NCBI GenBank assembly: GCA_965246885.1
Contig: OZ251992.1
Span: 2,592,001-2,656,000 of the forward strand
Reading direction: 5' to 3'
Source of the DNA: Abditibacterium sp.
GTDB lineage: Bacteria; Armatimonadota; Abditibacteriia; Abditibacteriales; Abditibacteriaceae
DNA length: 64,000 bases
Positions 21,889 to 33,436 of this stretch are shown here, piece by piece. The stretch's first letter is position 1, and the number at the start of each line of letters is the position of its first letter. Below the pieces are notes generated by a model, which had not been told where the DNA came from, did no database searches, and was given only the letters and a program-made list of their open reading frames with translations. The translations under genes and the position numbers were made by a program.

Positions 21889-24800
21889 ATGAACGACGTT
21901 TTTGCCCGCCTCAATGAACTGTTAGCCCAGCGCGTGCTTCTCCTCGACGGCGCGATGGGCACCATGATTCAAGCGCACGCCCTCACGGAAGAGGACTTTC
22001 GCGGCGAGCGCTTCGCCGATCATGCCCTCGCGCTCAAGGGCAACAACGACGTTTTGAACATTTCGCGGCCCGACATCATCCGCGACATTCACCGCCAATA
22101 CTTTGAAGCGGGCGCCGACATTTGCGAAACGAATACCTTCTCCTCGACTTCGATCGCCCAAGCCGATTATGGGTTGGACGACGCACAGTCGGTGTATGAC
22201 TTAAACTTTCACGGTGCGCGCGTAGCGCGCGAGGCGGCCCGCGAAGTGGAAGCCAAAGATGGCAAGCCGCGTTTCGTGGCGGGCGCGCTCGGCCCGACGA
22301 ACCGCACCCTCTCCATGTCGCCGGACGTGAACGACCCGGCCTTTCGCGCGCTGTCTTGGGACGAACTTGTCGCCGCTTACAAAGCCCAAGCGCGCGCCCT
22401 GCTCGAAGGCGGCGTGGATATTCTGCTGCCCGAAACCACTTTCGACACGCTTAACCTCAAGGCGTGCTTGTTCGCCATCTCGCAGCTATGGGACGAAGGC
22501 TTTGAGCGCGTGCCCGTCTTCGCTTCGCTGACTTTCGCTTCAGAGGATTTGCGAATGTTGACAGGGCAAACAGTGGAGGCGGCGATTGTTTCGGTTGAAC
22601 ACGCCGATTTGTTCTGCGTGGGGCTGAACTGCGGAATGGCCCCAGACAAGTTGCGCTCGCAGATCGAAAGCGCGTCGAAAAATTCGGCGTGCTGGACGCA
22701 CGCCTACCTCAACGCTGGAATTCCCAACGCTTTCGGCGAATACGATTGGACGCCCGAACAGTTGCGCGATGTCGTGGCGCCCTTTGCCCAAAACGGCTGG
22801 GTGAACATCCTCGGCGGTTGCTGCGGCACCACGCCCGCGCACATTCGCGCGTTGGCCGAGGCCGTTGCGGGCGTCACGCCCCGACAAAAGCCCGAAGCGA
22901 GCGCGGCGGCGTTCGCGCAGTTTTCCGGCTTGGAGCCGCTTTCTATTCGGCCCGAATCGAACTTTCAGATGGTCGGAGAGCGCACTAACGTCACCGGCTC
23001 GCCCAAGTTTTCGCGGCTCGTCAAAGAAAGCAACTGGCGCGAGGCCATCGAAATCGCGCGCCAGCAAGTTGATAACGGTGCCAACATCGTGGACTTCAAC
23101 TTCGACGAAGGTCTGCTGGACGGCCCCACCACGATGCGGCATTTCTTGAATCTTCTCGCCGTCGAGCCGGACGTTGCGCGCGTGCCGTTTATGATTGATT
23201 CGAGCAAATGGGAAGTCATCGAGGCCGGTTTGCAATGCGTGCAAGGAAAGGCCATCGTCAACTCCATCTCCCTCAAAGAGGGCGAAGCCGCCTTTAAGGA
23301 GCGCGCGCGCTTCGTGCGAAAGTATGGAGCGGGCGCGGTCGTCATGGCCTTCGACGAGGCAGGGCAGGCCGACAGCTACGAGCGGCGCATCGAGATTTGC
23401 GCGCGCGCTTACCGCATCTTGGTAGAGGAAGTCGGTTTTCCGGCGGGGGACATCATCTTCGACCCCAACGTGCTGACCGTCGCTACGGGTTTGGAAGAAC
23501 ACGCGGACTACGCGCTCGATTTCATCCGCGCGACGAAGTGGATCAAGGAAAACCTGCCGCGCGCGATGGTATCGGGCGGCATCTCCAACGTCAGTTTCTC
23601 CTTTCGCGGCAACAACACAGTGCGCGAAGCCATGCACTCGGCGTTTCTCAAGCACGCCATCGAAGCGGGCCTCGACATGGGCATCGTGAACGCGGGCATG
23701 TTGGAGGTCTACGATCAAATCGAGCCGGAGCTTTTGGAAAAAGTCGAGGATGTTTTGCTCAACCGCCGCGCCGACGCGACGGAGCGGTTGGTGGACTTGG
23801 CCGATGCCATCAAGGCGCGGGCAAGCGGCGAAGTCGCCGAAGTTAAGACCGAAGCGTGGCGGCAAGAACCTGTGCAAAAGCGGCTCGAACACGCGCTCGT
23901 CAAGGGCATTGACGCCTTTATCGAAGCCGATGTCGAGGAAGCGCGCCTCCAATACGCCAAGCCCTTGCACGTTATCGAAGGGCCGCTCATGGACGGCATG
24001 AACATCGTGGGTGAACTGTTTGGGAGCGGGAAAATGTTCCTGCCACAAGTCGTCAAGAGCGCGCGCGTCATGAAGCGCGCCGTCGCCGTCTTGCTGCCTT
24101 ACATGGAAGACGAGGCGGGCGAAAGCCAGAGCGCCGGAAAGATCGTGATGGCGACCGTGAAGGGCGACGTGCACGACATCGGCAAAAACATCGTCGGCGT
24201 GGTTTTGCGCTGCAACAACTACGAGGTCATAGATTTGGGCGTTATGGTTCCCGCAGACAAGATACTCCAAACCGCCCGCGAGGTCGGCGCCGACGCCATC
24301 GGTCTATCGGGATTGATTACCCCGTCACTCGATGAGATGGTTTCCATCGCCCGCGAAATGGAGCGGCAGGGCTTTTCCATTCCCCTGCTGATTGGCGGCG
24401 CGACGACTTCGCGCATCCACACCGCCGTCAAAATCGCCGAAGGCTACCCATCGGGCGGCGTCGTGCACGTCATAGACGCGAGCAAAGCCGTCGGCGTTGT
24501 CGGCGCGCTTTTCTCCGATGAACAGCGCGACTCCTTCATCCGTGAAACGCGCGAAAAGCAGGACGCCGACCGCGAAGCGTTCTGGCAAAAGCGCGACGCC
24601 AAGCCCCTCCTCCCCCTCGAAGACGCGCGCGCGCGCCGGTTGCAAATCGAGTGGACGCCCGACGACATCGCCCTGCCCGAACGGGTCGGCTTGCAGCAGT
24701 TGCACGGTGTGCCGCTCGAAGAGTTGGCGGAGTTCATTGACTGGACGCCCTTCTTTGCCAGTTGGGAACTGAAGGGCATTTACCCGGAGATTTTCGAGGA

Positions 24801-25599
24801 CGCCCACTACGGAGAAGCGGCGCGCGAGCTATGGGCCGACGCGCAGCGACTACTCGGCGACATCCTCAAGCGGCGCTCCCTCACGGCGCGCGGCGTGTGG
24901 GGGTTCTGGCCCGCCAACGCGCACGGCGACGACATCATTATCTGGAGCGATACCGACGCCAAGCGCGAATTAGCCCGCTTCCCGATGCTTCGCCAACAAA
25001 TCGACAAAGCGCCGGGGCGCCCCGACCTCGCGCTGTCGGATTTTGTCGCGCCGGTTGACTCCGGTTTGCTCGATTACGTAGGCGCCTTCGCCGTCTCGAT
25101 ACACGGCACGGAAAAGCTCGCCCTTGACCACAAAGCGGCGGGCGACGAACACTCGGCGCTTCTGGTGCAAAGCCTGAGCGACCGCCTCGCCGAAGCCTTC
25201 GCCGAGTGGCTGCACTTGAAGGCGCGCCGCTTTTGCGGCATTGACGGGAGTGAAACGCGCGAGCAGTTGGTGCGCGAAGAATATCGCGGCATCCGTCCGG
25301 CCTTTGGCTACCCCGCGTGCCCCGACCACACGCCCAAGCGCATCTTGTTCGAGCTAATCCAAGCGCACGCTTACGCGGGCATCTCCCTGACCGAGTCGTG
25401 CGCCATGTGGCCGCCATCTGCCGTGTCGGGGATTTACCTCAACCACCGCGAAGCCTCTTACTTCGCCGTCGGCAAGATAGGCCGCGACCAAGTCGAGGAC
25501 TACGCCGTCCGGCGCGGCTTTGGGTTCGAGGAAATGGAGCGCTGGCTCTCGCCGAACTTGGGGTACAATCCGGGAAAAGTTGAGGCCGCGCCGCTTTAA
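21889..25599 (+). CDS. metH: Cobalamin-dependent methionine synthase
   Basis: [34 protein letters not shown] and GYPACPDH motifs; 1236 aa. Confidence 0.99.
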   Translation: MNDVFARLNELLAQRVLLLDGAMGTMIQAHALTEEDFRGERFADHALALKGNNDVLNISRPDIIRDIHRQYFEAGADICETNTFSSTSIAQADYGLDDAQSVYDLNFHGARVAREAAREVEAKDGKPRFVAGALGPTNRTLSMSPDVNDPAFRALSWDELVAAYKAQARALLEGGVDILLPETTFDTLNLKACLFAISQLWDEGFERVPVFASLTFASEDLRMLTGQTVEAAIVSVEHADLFCVGLNCGMAPDKLRSQIESASKNSACWTHAYLNAGIPNAFGEYDWTPEQLRDVVAPFAQNGWVNILGGCCGTTPAHIRALAEAVAGVTPRQKPEASAAAFAQFSGLEPLSIRPESNFQMVGERTNVTGSPKFSRLVKESNWREAIEIARQQVDNGANIVDFNFDEGLLDGPTTMRHFLNLLAVEPDVARVPFMIDSSKWEVIEAGLQCVQGKAIVNSISLKEGEAAFKERARFVRKYGAGAVVMAFDEAGQADSYERRIEICARAYRILVEEVGFPAGDIIFDPNVLTVATGLEEHADYALDFIRATKWIKENLPRAMVSGGISNVSFSFRGNNTVREAMHSAFLKHAIEAGLDMGIVNAGMLEVYDQIEPELLEKVEDVLLNRRADATERLVDLADAIKARASGEVAEVKTEAWRQEPVQKRLEHALVKGIDAFIEADVEEARLQYAKPLHVIEGPLMDGMNIVGELFGSGKMFLPQVVKSARVMKRAVAVLLPYMEDEAGESQSAGKIVMATVKGDVHDIGKNIVGVVLRCNNYEVIDLGVMVPADKILQTAREVGADAIGLSGLITPSLDEMVSIAREMERQGFSIPLLIGGATTSRIHTAVKIAEGYPSGGVVHVIDASKAVGVVGALFSDEQRDSFIRETREKQDADREAFWQKRDAKPLLPLEDARARRLQIEWTPDDIALPERVGLQQLHGVPLEELAEFIDWTPFFASWELKGIYPEIFEDAHYGEAARELWADAQRLLGDILKRRSLTARGVWGFWPANAHGDDIIIWSDTDAKRELARFPMLRQQIDKAPGRPDLALSDFVAPVDSGLLDYVGAFAVSIHGTEKLALDHKAAGDEHSALLVQSLSDRLAEAFAEWLHLKARRFCGIDGSETREQLVREEYRGIRPAFGYPACPDHTPKRILFELIQAHAYAGISLTESCAMWPPSAVSGIYLNHREASYFAVGKIGRDQVEDYAVRRGFGFEEMERWLSPNLGYNPGKVEAAPL

Positions 25600-25609
25600 A
25601 GCGGCGCGG
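25586..25609. terminator. Perfect 24-bp palindrome over the metH stop (possible terminator)
   Basis: CCGCGCCGCTTTAAAGCGGCGCGG between convergent genes. Confidence 0.5.
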
Positions 25610-25613
25610 GAGT

Positions 25614-25928
25614 TTACTTTGGTCGTGGAGGGGACATCTCGCACCACAACAACACACGCTCAACTAAGCCCGCGCCGAAGAGCATTAATCCCAGCAGTCG
25701 AAAAGTAGAAGCTGCCCGTTCCGCATCCGCTAAGCTATAACCGCCCGAATGATCAGTTGCGGAGTTGATACCCAGAGCCTGTGCGAAAGCGACGAGGAGT
25801 AACTCCACGCCCAACAACACGCAGACGGCGGCGAGGCGCATATTAGATGTGAATCGCGCGTTCTCGGCGCGCGCGGCGGCAGTGTCGCTGGAGTCGACTT
25901 GCGATTGCGGAGACGCAGAAGAGTTCAC
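25614..25928 (-). CDS. Small membrane hypothetical protein
   Basis: Two hydrophobic segments; start uncertain. Confidence 0.5.
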   Translation of the reverse strand: MNSSASPQSQVDSSDTAAARAENARFTSNMRLAAVCVLLGVELLLVAFAQALGINSATDHSGGYSLADAERAASTFRLLGLMLFGAGLVERVLLWCEMSPPRPK

Positions 25929-25944
25929 CCTTTAAGGTTACAAG

Positions 25945-27054
25945 TCACTTTCCGTCGGAACTCATATCGGGCGCGTCTATGAGCGTGGCGCGATAGTCCT
26001 GCACGGTCGAGTCCACTTCGTCCAAGCCCGAATCGTCGGATGCAATGGGGCGCGTGAGAGTGAGGGGGCGGACGCGCGGCGGCGAGATGCGTAATGGCGC
26101 TTCCAGCGACGCCAATAGCACGCGCGGGCCACGTGCACCCGGAGATTGCAGCGCATCGGACGGCGACACGGGGGCGCTCGTTAAGACAACGGCGGGCGTC
26201 TCGAAGTGCGTCGCTGACGCGACGGGGTGCGGCGCGCGAGGGGTACGCGGCGACTGCGCGCGACGCGGCGCGGTTTCGGCGAGGGAGGGCCTTTCCCGAA
26301 GCATGGGAAGCGGCGCATCGGGTGCGGGGAGCGCAATGGAAAGCGCGCGCATCGGGAGTTGATCCAACTCCCGATGCGCCCGAACGAGCGACTTATCCGC
26401 TCCAGACGCGCGCCACGCCGAGTCTTCTTCCGAGCGGGGCGTCGCCGTGTCTGAGACAACGTGCGACGGAAGAATCGGCAGTTCAGCGTCCGCCGAAACA
26501 GTCAAAGCTCGCGCTTTATCCGACGCTTCGGAAGCGCGGACAGTCAGTCCAAGGGGTGCACTCGCGGCGGCATCCGACGGCGCGGGCGGTGGAGCCAACG
26601 CTGCGCGGGTAAGGAGTAGCGCGAAGGCGCAGAGCGCAAGCACACCCGGCAACGGCAAGCCGCGCGGCATCCACATCGGCGACAGCGTCGGACGCTCCTC
26701 GCGGCGCGAGGTGTGCTTCAGAATTTGCGCGCTCAACCTCGGCGATGGGGCCATCGGTCGCGCTAAGCGGCAGGCCAAGGCGATGCGCCATAGCAAATTC
26801 GGAGGCGGAGCGGGTGGCTCGGCGAGTTGCAAAAACAAGTGCCGCGTCTGGTTCCAATCGAGCCACGCGCGCGCGCATCGCTCGCATACCAGCAGGTGCC
26901 GCCGCGCCGCGAGCGCCTCGTTCTCGTCGGCCTCGCCATCGAAGAGCGCCGTTAGGAACGGCGTCCACTCGCGGCACGCTTCCAATTCCGCGCGCGCGGA
27001 CGCGGCGTCCGAAATCTCTTCGGGCCACCAGAATGGGCGCGCGGGCTGCTTCAT
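25945..27054 (-). CDS. zf-HC2 anti-sigma-like protein with Pro/Ala-rich tail
   Basis: C...LTALFDGE...HLLVCERC (HxxxCxxC) followed by a TM segment. Confidence 0.75.
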   Translation of the reverse strand: MKQPARPFWWPEEISDAASARAELEACREWTPFLTALFDGEADENEALAARRHLLVCERCARAWLDWNQTRHLFLQLAEPPAPPPNLLWRIALACRLARPMAPSPRLSAQILKHTSRREERPTLSPMWMPRGLPLPGVLALCAFALLLTRAALAPPPAPSDAAASAPLGLTVRASEASDKARALTVSADAELPILPSHVVSDTATPRSEEDSAWRASGADKSLVRAHRELDQLPMRALSIALPAPDAPLPMLRERPSLAETAPRRAQSPRTPRAPHPVASATHFETPAVVLTSAPVSPSDALQSPGARGPRVLLASLEAPLRISPPRVRPLTLTRPIASDDSGLDEVDSTVQDYRATLIDAPDMSSDGK

Positions 27055-27138
27055 CGTTGCTGTTTAGAAGGGGCGCGCGGGGCGAAGTTGCATCGCCGTT
27101 GCTTGGTTCTGTGTTAAGAGGCGTGCCGATAGTGCGCC

Positions 27139-29088
27139 CTACCCCACCAGAAAACGGTTCCAATCGGCGTCGAGCGCGTCGAGTGGTTGCCCCGTCGCCG
27201 CTCCAATCGCGGCATCTGGTGCTTGCCCCGACGCCAAGCGCGCCACCAATTCGCTCGCCGTGCCCGCCCCGAATTGGCTATACAGCCACGCCACCAGCGC
27301 CGTCGAACGTGCTCGGCCAAGGGGCGAGTTGCCCGTGCGCGCCTCGTTCTCAAAAAGCGACAGCGCACCCGCCTGAGCCGCGTTACGCAAAGCCGCTCGC
27401 GCGTCGGGTGAGTTTCCGCCCAGCGCCACACCCACAAAACCCTCCTCCACCCAAGCCGGAAGAGGGCTGGTATCATCGCTCCACGTCGCCAGCAAAACGC
27501 GGCTCCACAAGGCGCGGAGCGTGGCGTCGTCCGATGCCCCTGATGCAAGCAAAATGGTGTCGCCGATGTGTGCGCCGCCTGCCACGCCTCCTCCGCCCGT
27601 CCCGCCCAAGGCACGGCGTAGCGCAAAGAAGCTCTCCGGCGTCGGCAACAGCATCACCTCCACATGGGGCGCGCGCCAACCGAACGCCGTGTCGCTCAAG
27701 AGCGCCGTCACGCTCGTTTCCAGCGCCGCCTCGTTGGGGTCGCCCTCGAAAAAGCGGATGCTCGCCGTCGCGTCTCCCACCGCGAGGGTGCGCACAAGCG
27801 GTGGCGATAGCGACGAAATCGCCGCCAAGCGCGCCAGTTTTTGGCTCCACGCCCGCCGCAACGAACCGGGCACTCCGGGTTCTGCCGGAGCACGCGTAAC
27901 AATGCTTGCGGCGATGGTGCGCGCGGCAAGGTCGAACAGATTCGCGCGCTCTGGCGCCGCAAGCGAAGCATCAGCCGCCAACTGCGCGTTCAGACACCCA
28001 TTGGAGAACGCGACTTGAGATGCTTGCGATGGGTCGGCGCTCGCCGCTTCGAGGGCGCGGGCACACGTCGCGGGGTCGGCGTTTTGCAAGGCCAAGCGCG
28101 CTTGAAACAGCGCGATACGCGCCGGGGCCGAAGCGTCGCCCGCCCGAATCGTCGCCAACAGCGCCGCCGCTTCCTCGCGGGACACCGGCAGCGTCGGCTC
28201 GGACACTGGCGGCGCGGTGACAGGCGCCGTCGGCACGCCAAATGCCGGAAGCGCCGCCGTGCCGTTGGTCGCATTGGCCGCCAGAAGGCGCGCTTCGAGC
28301 GCGGCGGCGAGCGTCGCTTGCGTACCCTCTTGCAACGACCGTGTCGGGATACCCACCCAACGTTGCCCCGTCGCCCCCGGAACGAAGCCCGCGAGCGCCC
28401 GCGCGAACGCGGCGCCATCGGCGCGGCGCAGGTCTATCTGGTCGGGACAAAATATCGCCCACCCCGCGCCCAACGACGTAATCGCCGCCGCGAACTGCGG
28501 CGTCTGCCCGTCGCCCGTCACGTCCTCGACCAGCAGAAGCGGCGTCGCCACATCGGACGCCTCGACAAGCGCATCGCCCTCGCGGAGCGAACCGAAGACG
28601 AGCGACACTCCCGGTAAGCGCGCCACGCCTTGGGCGGGCAATGCCATCTCAAACGCTTCCGCAAGCGGCGACGCCGTTACTTCGGCCCCTGTCTCGCCGC
28701 GCAAAAGCGGGTGCGCGCCCAACGGCAGCGCCGCGCGAGTGCGCACCCACTCCTGCCCGTCCTGCGCGGGCGTCGTCGCGCGCAACGGGGCGGTGGCAAA
28801 GCCGAAACTTCGCGCCGCGTCGGTGTGCAAAAACACCACGTTGCCGCGCGCGACCCAACTCTTGATGTCCGCGTCGGCTCCCGGATTCGCGCGCAAGCCC
28901 GCCAAACTCGCCCGCAGCGAAATCGCGCCCGCGCTGGGAAGGGCAAGCGTAGGTAGACCCGCGTCGTCCACTTCGGGCACGATGGGCGCAGCCCGCGCTA
29001 CGCCCTGCGCGCGGGCTGGAGCGTAGGGCGCGAGCGCGCCAAGTGCCACGCAAAGCAGCAGCAATACCGAGCAAAAGCGGGAGTTCAT
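27139..29088 (-). CDS. Large secreted hypothetical protein with a degenerate peptidase-MA-like C-terminus
   Basis: Signal peptide; LPAWVEEG and VAWLYSQFG motifs, but no HExxH. Confidence 0.6.
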   Translation of the reverse strand: MNSRFCSVLLLLCVALGALAPYAPARAQGVARAAPIVPEVDDAGLPTLALPSAGAISLRASLAGLRANPGADADIKSWVARGNVVFLHTDAARSFGFATAPLRATTPAQDGQEWVRTRAALPLGAHPLLRGETGAEVTASPLAEAFEMALPAQGVARLPGVSLVFGSLREGDALVEASDVATPLLLVEDVTGDGQTPQFAAAITSLGAGWAIFCPDQIDLRRADGAAFARALAGFVPGATGQRWVGIPTRSLQEGTQATLAAALEARLLAANATNGTAALPAFGVPTAPVTAPPVSEPTLPVSREEAAALLATIRAGDASAPARIALFQARLALQNADPATCARALEAASADPSQASQVAFSNGCLNAQLAADASLAAPERANLFDLAARTIAASIVTRAPAEPGVPGSLRRAWSQKLARLAAISSLSPPLVRTLAVGDATASIRFFEGDPNEAALETSVTALLSDTAFGWRAPHVEVMLLPTPESFFALRRALGGTGGGGVAGGAHIGDTILLASGASDDATLRALWSRVLLATWSDDTSPLPAWVEEGFVGVALGGNSPDARAALRNAAQAGALSLFENEARTGNSPLGRARSTALVAWLYSQFGAGTASELVARLASGQAPDAAIGAATGQPLDALDADWNRFLVG

Positions 29089-29132
29089 ACGCTCAGTTTC
29101 CCCATTGGCGGCGCGCAAGGCACGGCGCCGCC

Positions 29133-30122
29133 TCATCGCGCGGACTTGTTGGCACGGAGCAACGCCCGCACTTGTCCCGGTTGGTCGGTGAAAAGCGCCT
29201 CGACGCCCGCGCGCTCGAAAGCGCGCACCCAAACCGCCGTGAGCGGGGGCGCAAAGGGGAAGCGGTCGGTTTGAAAGGTGTAGGGATGCACTTGTAAGTG
29301 CGCGGCGTGCGCTTGCGCCACCAAGGGCGACAGGCCGCCCAAGCCCGAAACGACATAGTTCAGGCGCGGGCCGATGGCGTCGGCGTAACGTTTGACCGCG
29401 CGCAGTCCGGCAGGGGTGCGCATGGCGTCGAAGTCGAAGTGTTGGCCTTGGGGGTCGAAGGTATCGCTCGAAAGCCCGATGAGTTGAGTTTGGCGATAGG
29501 GCGCATGGAGTTCAAAGCGCAGCCGCTTGAGTTCGGCGGGGTCGAAGCACTCCAACCAAACGCGCGAGGCGGGCAAGCGGGAGCGGTGCAGTTCGGCCAG
29601 CAGGAGTTTCGTGGTGTCCACGCCACTTTCGCGGTGCCAGCGTGGGGCTTTGGGTTCGAGGTAAAAGCCGCCTCCCCCACTTCGGAGCGCCAAGAGTTCC
29701 GCAAGCGTCGTGATGCGCGCGCCGGTAACGTCCACCTTGCGCGCGGGAAAGGCGCGGGCGCCACCCAGCTCCGGCTCGACGCGCGCGCGCGGGGTGAGGG
29801 TTTGGAGTTCGGCGAGCGTGAAGTCGAGGGCGTAGAAGTGCCCGTCGCGCCGATGGCGAGCGGGAAAGCGCGCGGCGATGTCGGTCGTCGGCTCCAAGAA
29901 CAAGTCGTGCGAGAGGATGAGGCGCCGGTCTTTGGTAGCGATGACGTCCGCTTCGAGCCAGTCCGCGCCCTCGGCCTGCGCGCGCGCTTCCGCCGCGAGG
30001 GTGTTTTCGGGCCGCTCCGACTGCGCGCCCCGGTGGGCGATGATTTCCAAGGCGACGGTGGGTCGGAGACACGCAGCAACACACCAAAGAACGAGCGCCG
30101 AGACACCGCCAACGCCACGCAT
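29133..30122 (-). CDS. Glycerophosphodiester phosphodiesterase
   Basis: IIAHRGA..RPENTLAA, EADV, SHD and FTDQP motifs. Confidence 0.93.
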   Translation of the reverse strand: MRGVGGVSALVLWCVAACLRPTVALEIIAHRGAQSERPENTLAAEARAQAEGADWLEADVIATKDRRLILSHDLFLEPTTDIAARFPARHRRDGHFYALDFTLAELQTLTPRARVEPELGGARAFPARKVDVTGARITTLAELLALRSGGGGFYLEPKAPRWHRESGVDTTKLLLAELHRSRLPASRVWLECFDPAELKRLRFELHAPYRQTQLIGLSSDTFDPQGQHFDFDAMRTPAGLRAVKRYADAIGPRLNYVVSGLGGLSPLVAQAHAAHLQVHPYTFQTDRFPFAPPLTAVWVRAFERAGVEALFTDQPGQVRALLRANKSAR

Positions 30123-30130
30123 GCGCCCGC

Positions 30131-30910
30131 TCACCACACCTTCCAAGGCGCGTCGCCGCGCTTCCACGCTTCGTTGAGCAGAAGGTATTCGCGATAGGTA
30201 TCAATGGCCAGAAACATCCCGTCGTGGCGGTAGGCCATCAGTTCGCCCGACGCGGCGAGCGATTCGAGCGGCTCGCGCTCCCACGTCGTCGTGTCGCCTT
30301 CGATCAGTTCCAAGACGCGCGGCTCCAGCACGAAGAAGCCCGCCGACACCCAAGAGTCCTGCATCGGCTTCTCGACGAAGCGCGTCACCTCCCCCGATTC
30401 CTCAGACGAAACCGTGCCAAAGCGCGACGGCGCGCGCACGATGGTGAGCGTCGCCGCCTTGCCGTGCGCGCGGTGGAAGTCGAGGGTGGCTTGGATGTTC
30501 ACGTCCGACAGCCCGTCGCCGTAGGTCAGGAAGAACGGCTCATCGGCGTTCAGATAGCGCCCGACGCGCCTAAGGCGCCCGCCGGTCATGGTGTCGAGGC
30601 CAGTGTCGGCGCAGGTAACGGCGAAGTTGTCTTCTGGCGCCGCGCCGTCGTGGATACGCAACGAGGCGTGGTCGCCCAAACGGAGCGAGAAGTCGTGGGT
30701 TTGCGCGCGGAAGTTGAGGAAGTAATCCTTGATCATGGCGCCCTTGTAGCCCAAGCAAAGCACGAAGTCATCGAAGCCGAAGTGGGCGTAATGCTTCATG
30801 ATGTGCCACAGAATAGGGCGGTCGCCCACTTCGACGAGCGGCTTGGGGCGGTATTCGGTCTCTTCGCGGAGCCGCGTGCCCTGCCCGCCGCACAAAATCA
30901 CCGTCTTCAT
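30131..30910 (-). CDS. rfbF: Glucose-1-phosphate cytidylyltransferase
   Basis: ILCGGQGTRLREET..PKPLV, DTGLDTMTGGRL and LTYGDG motifs. Confidence 0.95.
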   Translation of the reverse strand: MKTVILCGGQGTRLREETEYRPKPLVEVGDRPILWHIMKHYAHFGFDDFVLCLGYKGAMIKDYFLNFRAQTHDFSLRLGDHASLRIHDGAAPEDNFAVTCADTGLDTMTGGRLRRVGRYLNADEPFFLTYGDGLSDVNIQATLDFHRAHGKAATLTIVRAPSRFGTVSSEESGEVTRFVEKPMQDSWVSAGFFVLEPRVLELIEGDTTTWEREPLESLAASGELMAYRHDGMFLAIDTYREYLLLNEAWKRGDAPWKVW

Positions 30911-30913
30911 CGC

Positions 30914-31666
30914 TTAAAACTCCACCTTGAGGCCGTCAGTGGCGCCGACAACGCCGGGAATCTGCCCATAAACGTCGTCCTCTTCGAGCGGGTCTGTCGA
31001 AGTGAGCGGGTTGAAGTGCGTGGCGACGACGCACTTCGCGCCCGATACGCGCGCGGCGGCGACAAGGTGCGCCGAGGTGCAGTGCCCGGATGTGATGGCG
31101 AGGTCGGCGAAGCGGTCGGGGAAGTTGCGCTCGTGAACCAGCACGTCGGGCGCGCCTGAAATCAGTTCGTGGCACAACCCATCGCCAGAAGTGTCGGTGA
31201 CGTAGCACAGCGTTTTGCCATCGGGCCACCCAAAGCGGTAGGCGAGCGAGCCGCCGGGGTGCGTGAGGGTGCAAGTGTTCACCTCGACGCCCGCGACGTG
31301 GAACGGCTGGGCGGCCTGTACTTCGACCGTGTCGCGGCCCAACTGAAGCGGGAAAAGCGGCGATCCAAACAGCGTGCCGCGCACCGCGTCCAACGTGTGA
31401 GCGTCGCCATATAATGTGACGTGGGTATCGGGATGCGCAAAGCACACGTCAGTCAGGAACGTAAGTCCGAGCACGTGGTCAAGGTGCGGGTGCGAAAGGA
31501 AGACGTGCAAGTGGGCGGGCAGGTCGCGCGTGGTCAGCCGGAAGAAACCGCTTCCTGCATCGAGAACAAAAGCGTGCCCCGGCGCGGCGTCGGGCAACAA
31601 GACGCAGGAGGTGTGGCGCGCTTCGTTGGGGTGATACCCCGCCGTTCCTAAGAATTCGAGATGCAT
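30914..31666 (-). CDS. MBL-fold metallo-hydrolase (RNase Z/BN-like)
   Basis: FLGTAG, LDAGSG, SHPHLDH, YVTDT and GH motifs. Confidence 0.9.
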   Translation of the reverse strand: MHLEFLGTAGYHPNEARHTSCVLLPDAAPGHAFVLDAGSGFFRLTTRDLPAHLHVFLSHPHLDHVLGLTFLTDVCFAHPDTHVTLYGDAHTLDAVRGTLFGSPLFPLQLGRDTVEVQAAQPFHVAGVEVNTCTLTHPGGSLAYRFGWPDGKTLCYVTDTSGDGLCHELISGAPDVLVHERNFPDRFADLAITSGHCTSAHLVAAARVSGAKCVVATHFNPLTSTDPLEEDDVYGQIPGVVGATDGLKVEF

Positions 31667-31695
31667 GAAGGAAAACGTAGTGTGACAAGTCTTGC

Positions 31696-32502
31696 TTACG
31701 CTTCGAGGGCTTCGTCCAACTCCGCATCGTCCGTGCCCAAATAGGCCGCCACCACGTGCGGGTTGTTCTGCACGTTCGCGGGGGCGTCGTCCGCTATCTT
31801 TACGCCGCCGTCGAGCACAATGACCCGCTCGCATATCTCCATTACCAAGCTCATGTGATGCTCTATCAGTAGCACCGCGATGCCCAACTGCTCGCGCACC
31901 AGCCGGATGGTGCGCGAGATGTCAGCCGTCTCGGACGGGTTCATGCCCGACGTCGGCTCATCGAGCAGCAGCACTTTGGGCCGGGTCGCGCACGCGCGGG
32001 CTATCTCCAGTCGGCGCTGGTCGCCATACGGTAGCCCGCGCGCCGTGTCGTCCGCCCGCGCGCCTAAGCCGAACACGGACAACAGCCGCGCCGTCTCGTC
32101 GTTTATCGCGCTCTCGACCCGCCCCATCCGCCCCGTTTGCAACAGCGCATCCCAAAAGCCGTAACTCTGGTGGCTGGCGAACGCCGCGCGCACGTTATCG
32201 GCGACCGATAAATCGCCAAACAGCCGGATATTCTGAAAAGTCCGCGCAATGCCCCGCTTCACGAGCGCGCTGGGCCGCGTCGTTTTCCCGCTCGACGCCA
32301 CGCGTTGCCCATCCAGCCAAATCTCGCCCGAAGTCGGCGCGTAAACGCCCGTCAACAGGTTGAACACCGTCGTCTTCCCCGCCCCATTCGGCCCAATGAT
32401 GGCCGCCAATTGCCCGCTCGGCAACGCAAACGAAAGCGGCGCGACGGCGCGCAAGCCGCCAAAGGTAATGGAAGCGTCTTTGAGTTCGAGAACGGGAGTC
32501 AT
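31696..32502 (-). CDS. livG: Branched-chain amino acid ABC transporter ATP-binding protein
   Basis: GPNGAGKTT, IARTFQNIRLF, LPYGDQRRLEIAR and LLLDEP motifs. Confidence 0.92.
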   Translation of the reverse strand: MTPVLELKDASITFGGLRAVAPLSFALPSGQLAAIIGPNGAGKTTVFNLLTGVYAPTSGEIWLDGQRVASSGKTTRPSALVKRGIARTFQNIRLFGDLSVADNVRAAFASHQSYGFWDALLQTGRMGRVESAINDETARLLSVFGLGARADDTARGLPYGDQRRLEIARACATRPKVLLLDEPTSGMNPSETADISRTIRLVREQLGIAVLLIEHHMSLVMEICERVIVLDGGVKIADDAPANVQNNPHVVAAYLGTDDAELDEALEA

Positions 32503-32543
32503 AAATGCAAGAGGCGCTGCAACTTGCTGTCGCAACGAGAAAC

Positions 32544-32741
32544 CTAACGCGGCCTTTTCAACACCGCAATCAATTGTGTCGAATACCCGTTCTTTGTCGG
32601 GATGTTCGTAGATACCAACTCCCATCCCTCAGCGCCCAAAAGACTCAAAGGTTCGTCCAGTAATTCCGGTTTGAAGTCTTTAACGCCGAGCCAATTTTCG
32701 TCGAAAGCCACAACGACGCTCTTATATTCCCATTTCTGCAT
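32544..32741 (-). CDS. DUF4177-domain protein
   Basis: MQKWEYK...LGAEGWELVS...LKRP; AAGGAG RBS. Confidence 0.88.
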   Translation of the reverse strand: MQKWEYKSVVVAFDENWLGVKDFKPELLDEPLSLLGAEGWELVSTNIPTKNGYSTQLIAVLKRPR

Positions 32742-32753
32742 GGCGGTTCCTCC

Positions 32754-33365
32754 TTACGTCTGCTTCTCGCCGCGCGCAAGCACCACTAAACCCGTGCGAA
32801 CGAGTTCCAGTATCTCGTAAGGCGCGAGCATTTTGGTCACGGCGTCCACTTTGTCGGCTTTGCCGGTGACTTCGAGCATCATGGTTTGCGGGTCAACGGC
32901 GACGACTTGGGCGCGGAAAAGCTGGGCGATTTGCGCGACTTCGGCGCGGGTTTGGGCCGTTTCGACGCGCACCTTAATCAGCGACAGTTCGCGGCCCACG
33001 AGGTCGTCGGTGGTGTGGTCAATGACTTTGATGACGTCTATCAGCTTGAGAAGTTGGTTGCCAATCTGACGAAACGCCTCGTCGTCGCCTGCAACGACGA
33101 CGGTGATGCGCGAAACGGTGTGGTCTTCGGTGCGCGAGACGGCGAGCGATTCGAGGTTGAAGCCGCGCCGCGCGAAAACGTGGCTAACGCGCGCGAGAAC
33201 GCCGGGGCGGTTCTCCACAAGGATAGAAAGGGTATGCAGCTTTTCGTTGCCGCTCATGACGTTCACGCCTGCCGCCGAGATGATGGTGGGCACGCCGTTT
33301 TGCAGTTCCAAACCCGGCGCTTGGGCGGGGATATTCGAGACGGTCGTTCCGTTTTGTTGGCTCAT
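32754..33365 (-). CDS. ilvN: Acetolactate synthase small subunit
   Basis: LSILVENRPGVLARVSHVFARRGFNLESL and ELVRTG motifs; alternative start at MSGNEK. Confidence 0.95.
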   Translation of the reverse strand: MSQQNGTTVSNIPAQAPGLELQNGVPTIISAAGVNVMSGNEKLHTLSILVENRPGVLARVSHVFARRGFNLESLAVSRTEDHTVSRITVVVAGDDEAFRQIGNQLLKLIDVIKVIDHTTDDLVGRELSLIKVRVETAQTRAEVAQIAQLFRAQVVAVDPQTMMLEVTGKADKVDAVTKMLAPYEILELVRTGLVVLARGEKQT

Positions 33366-33436
33366 AATGGATTCCAGAAGGCGTCAGTGTTCCAATTTCC
33401 CGGCGGGGCGCGGCGTTGTGGGCGAGGAGACGCAAC

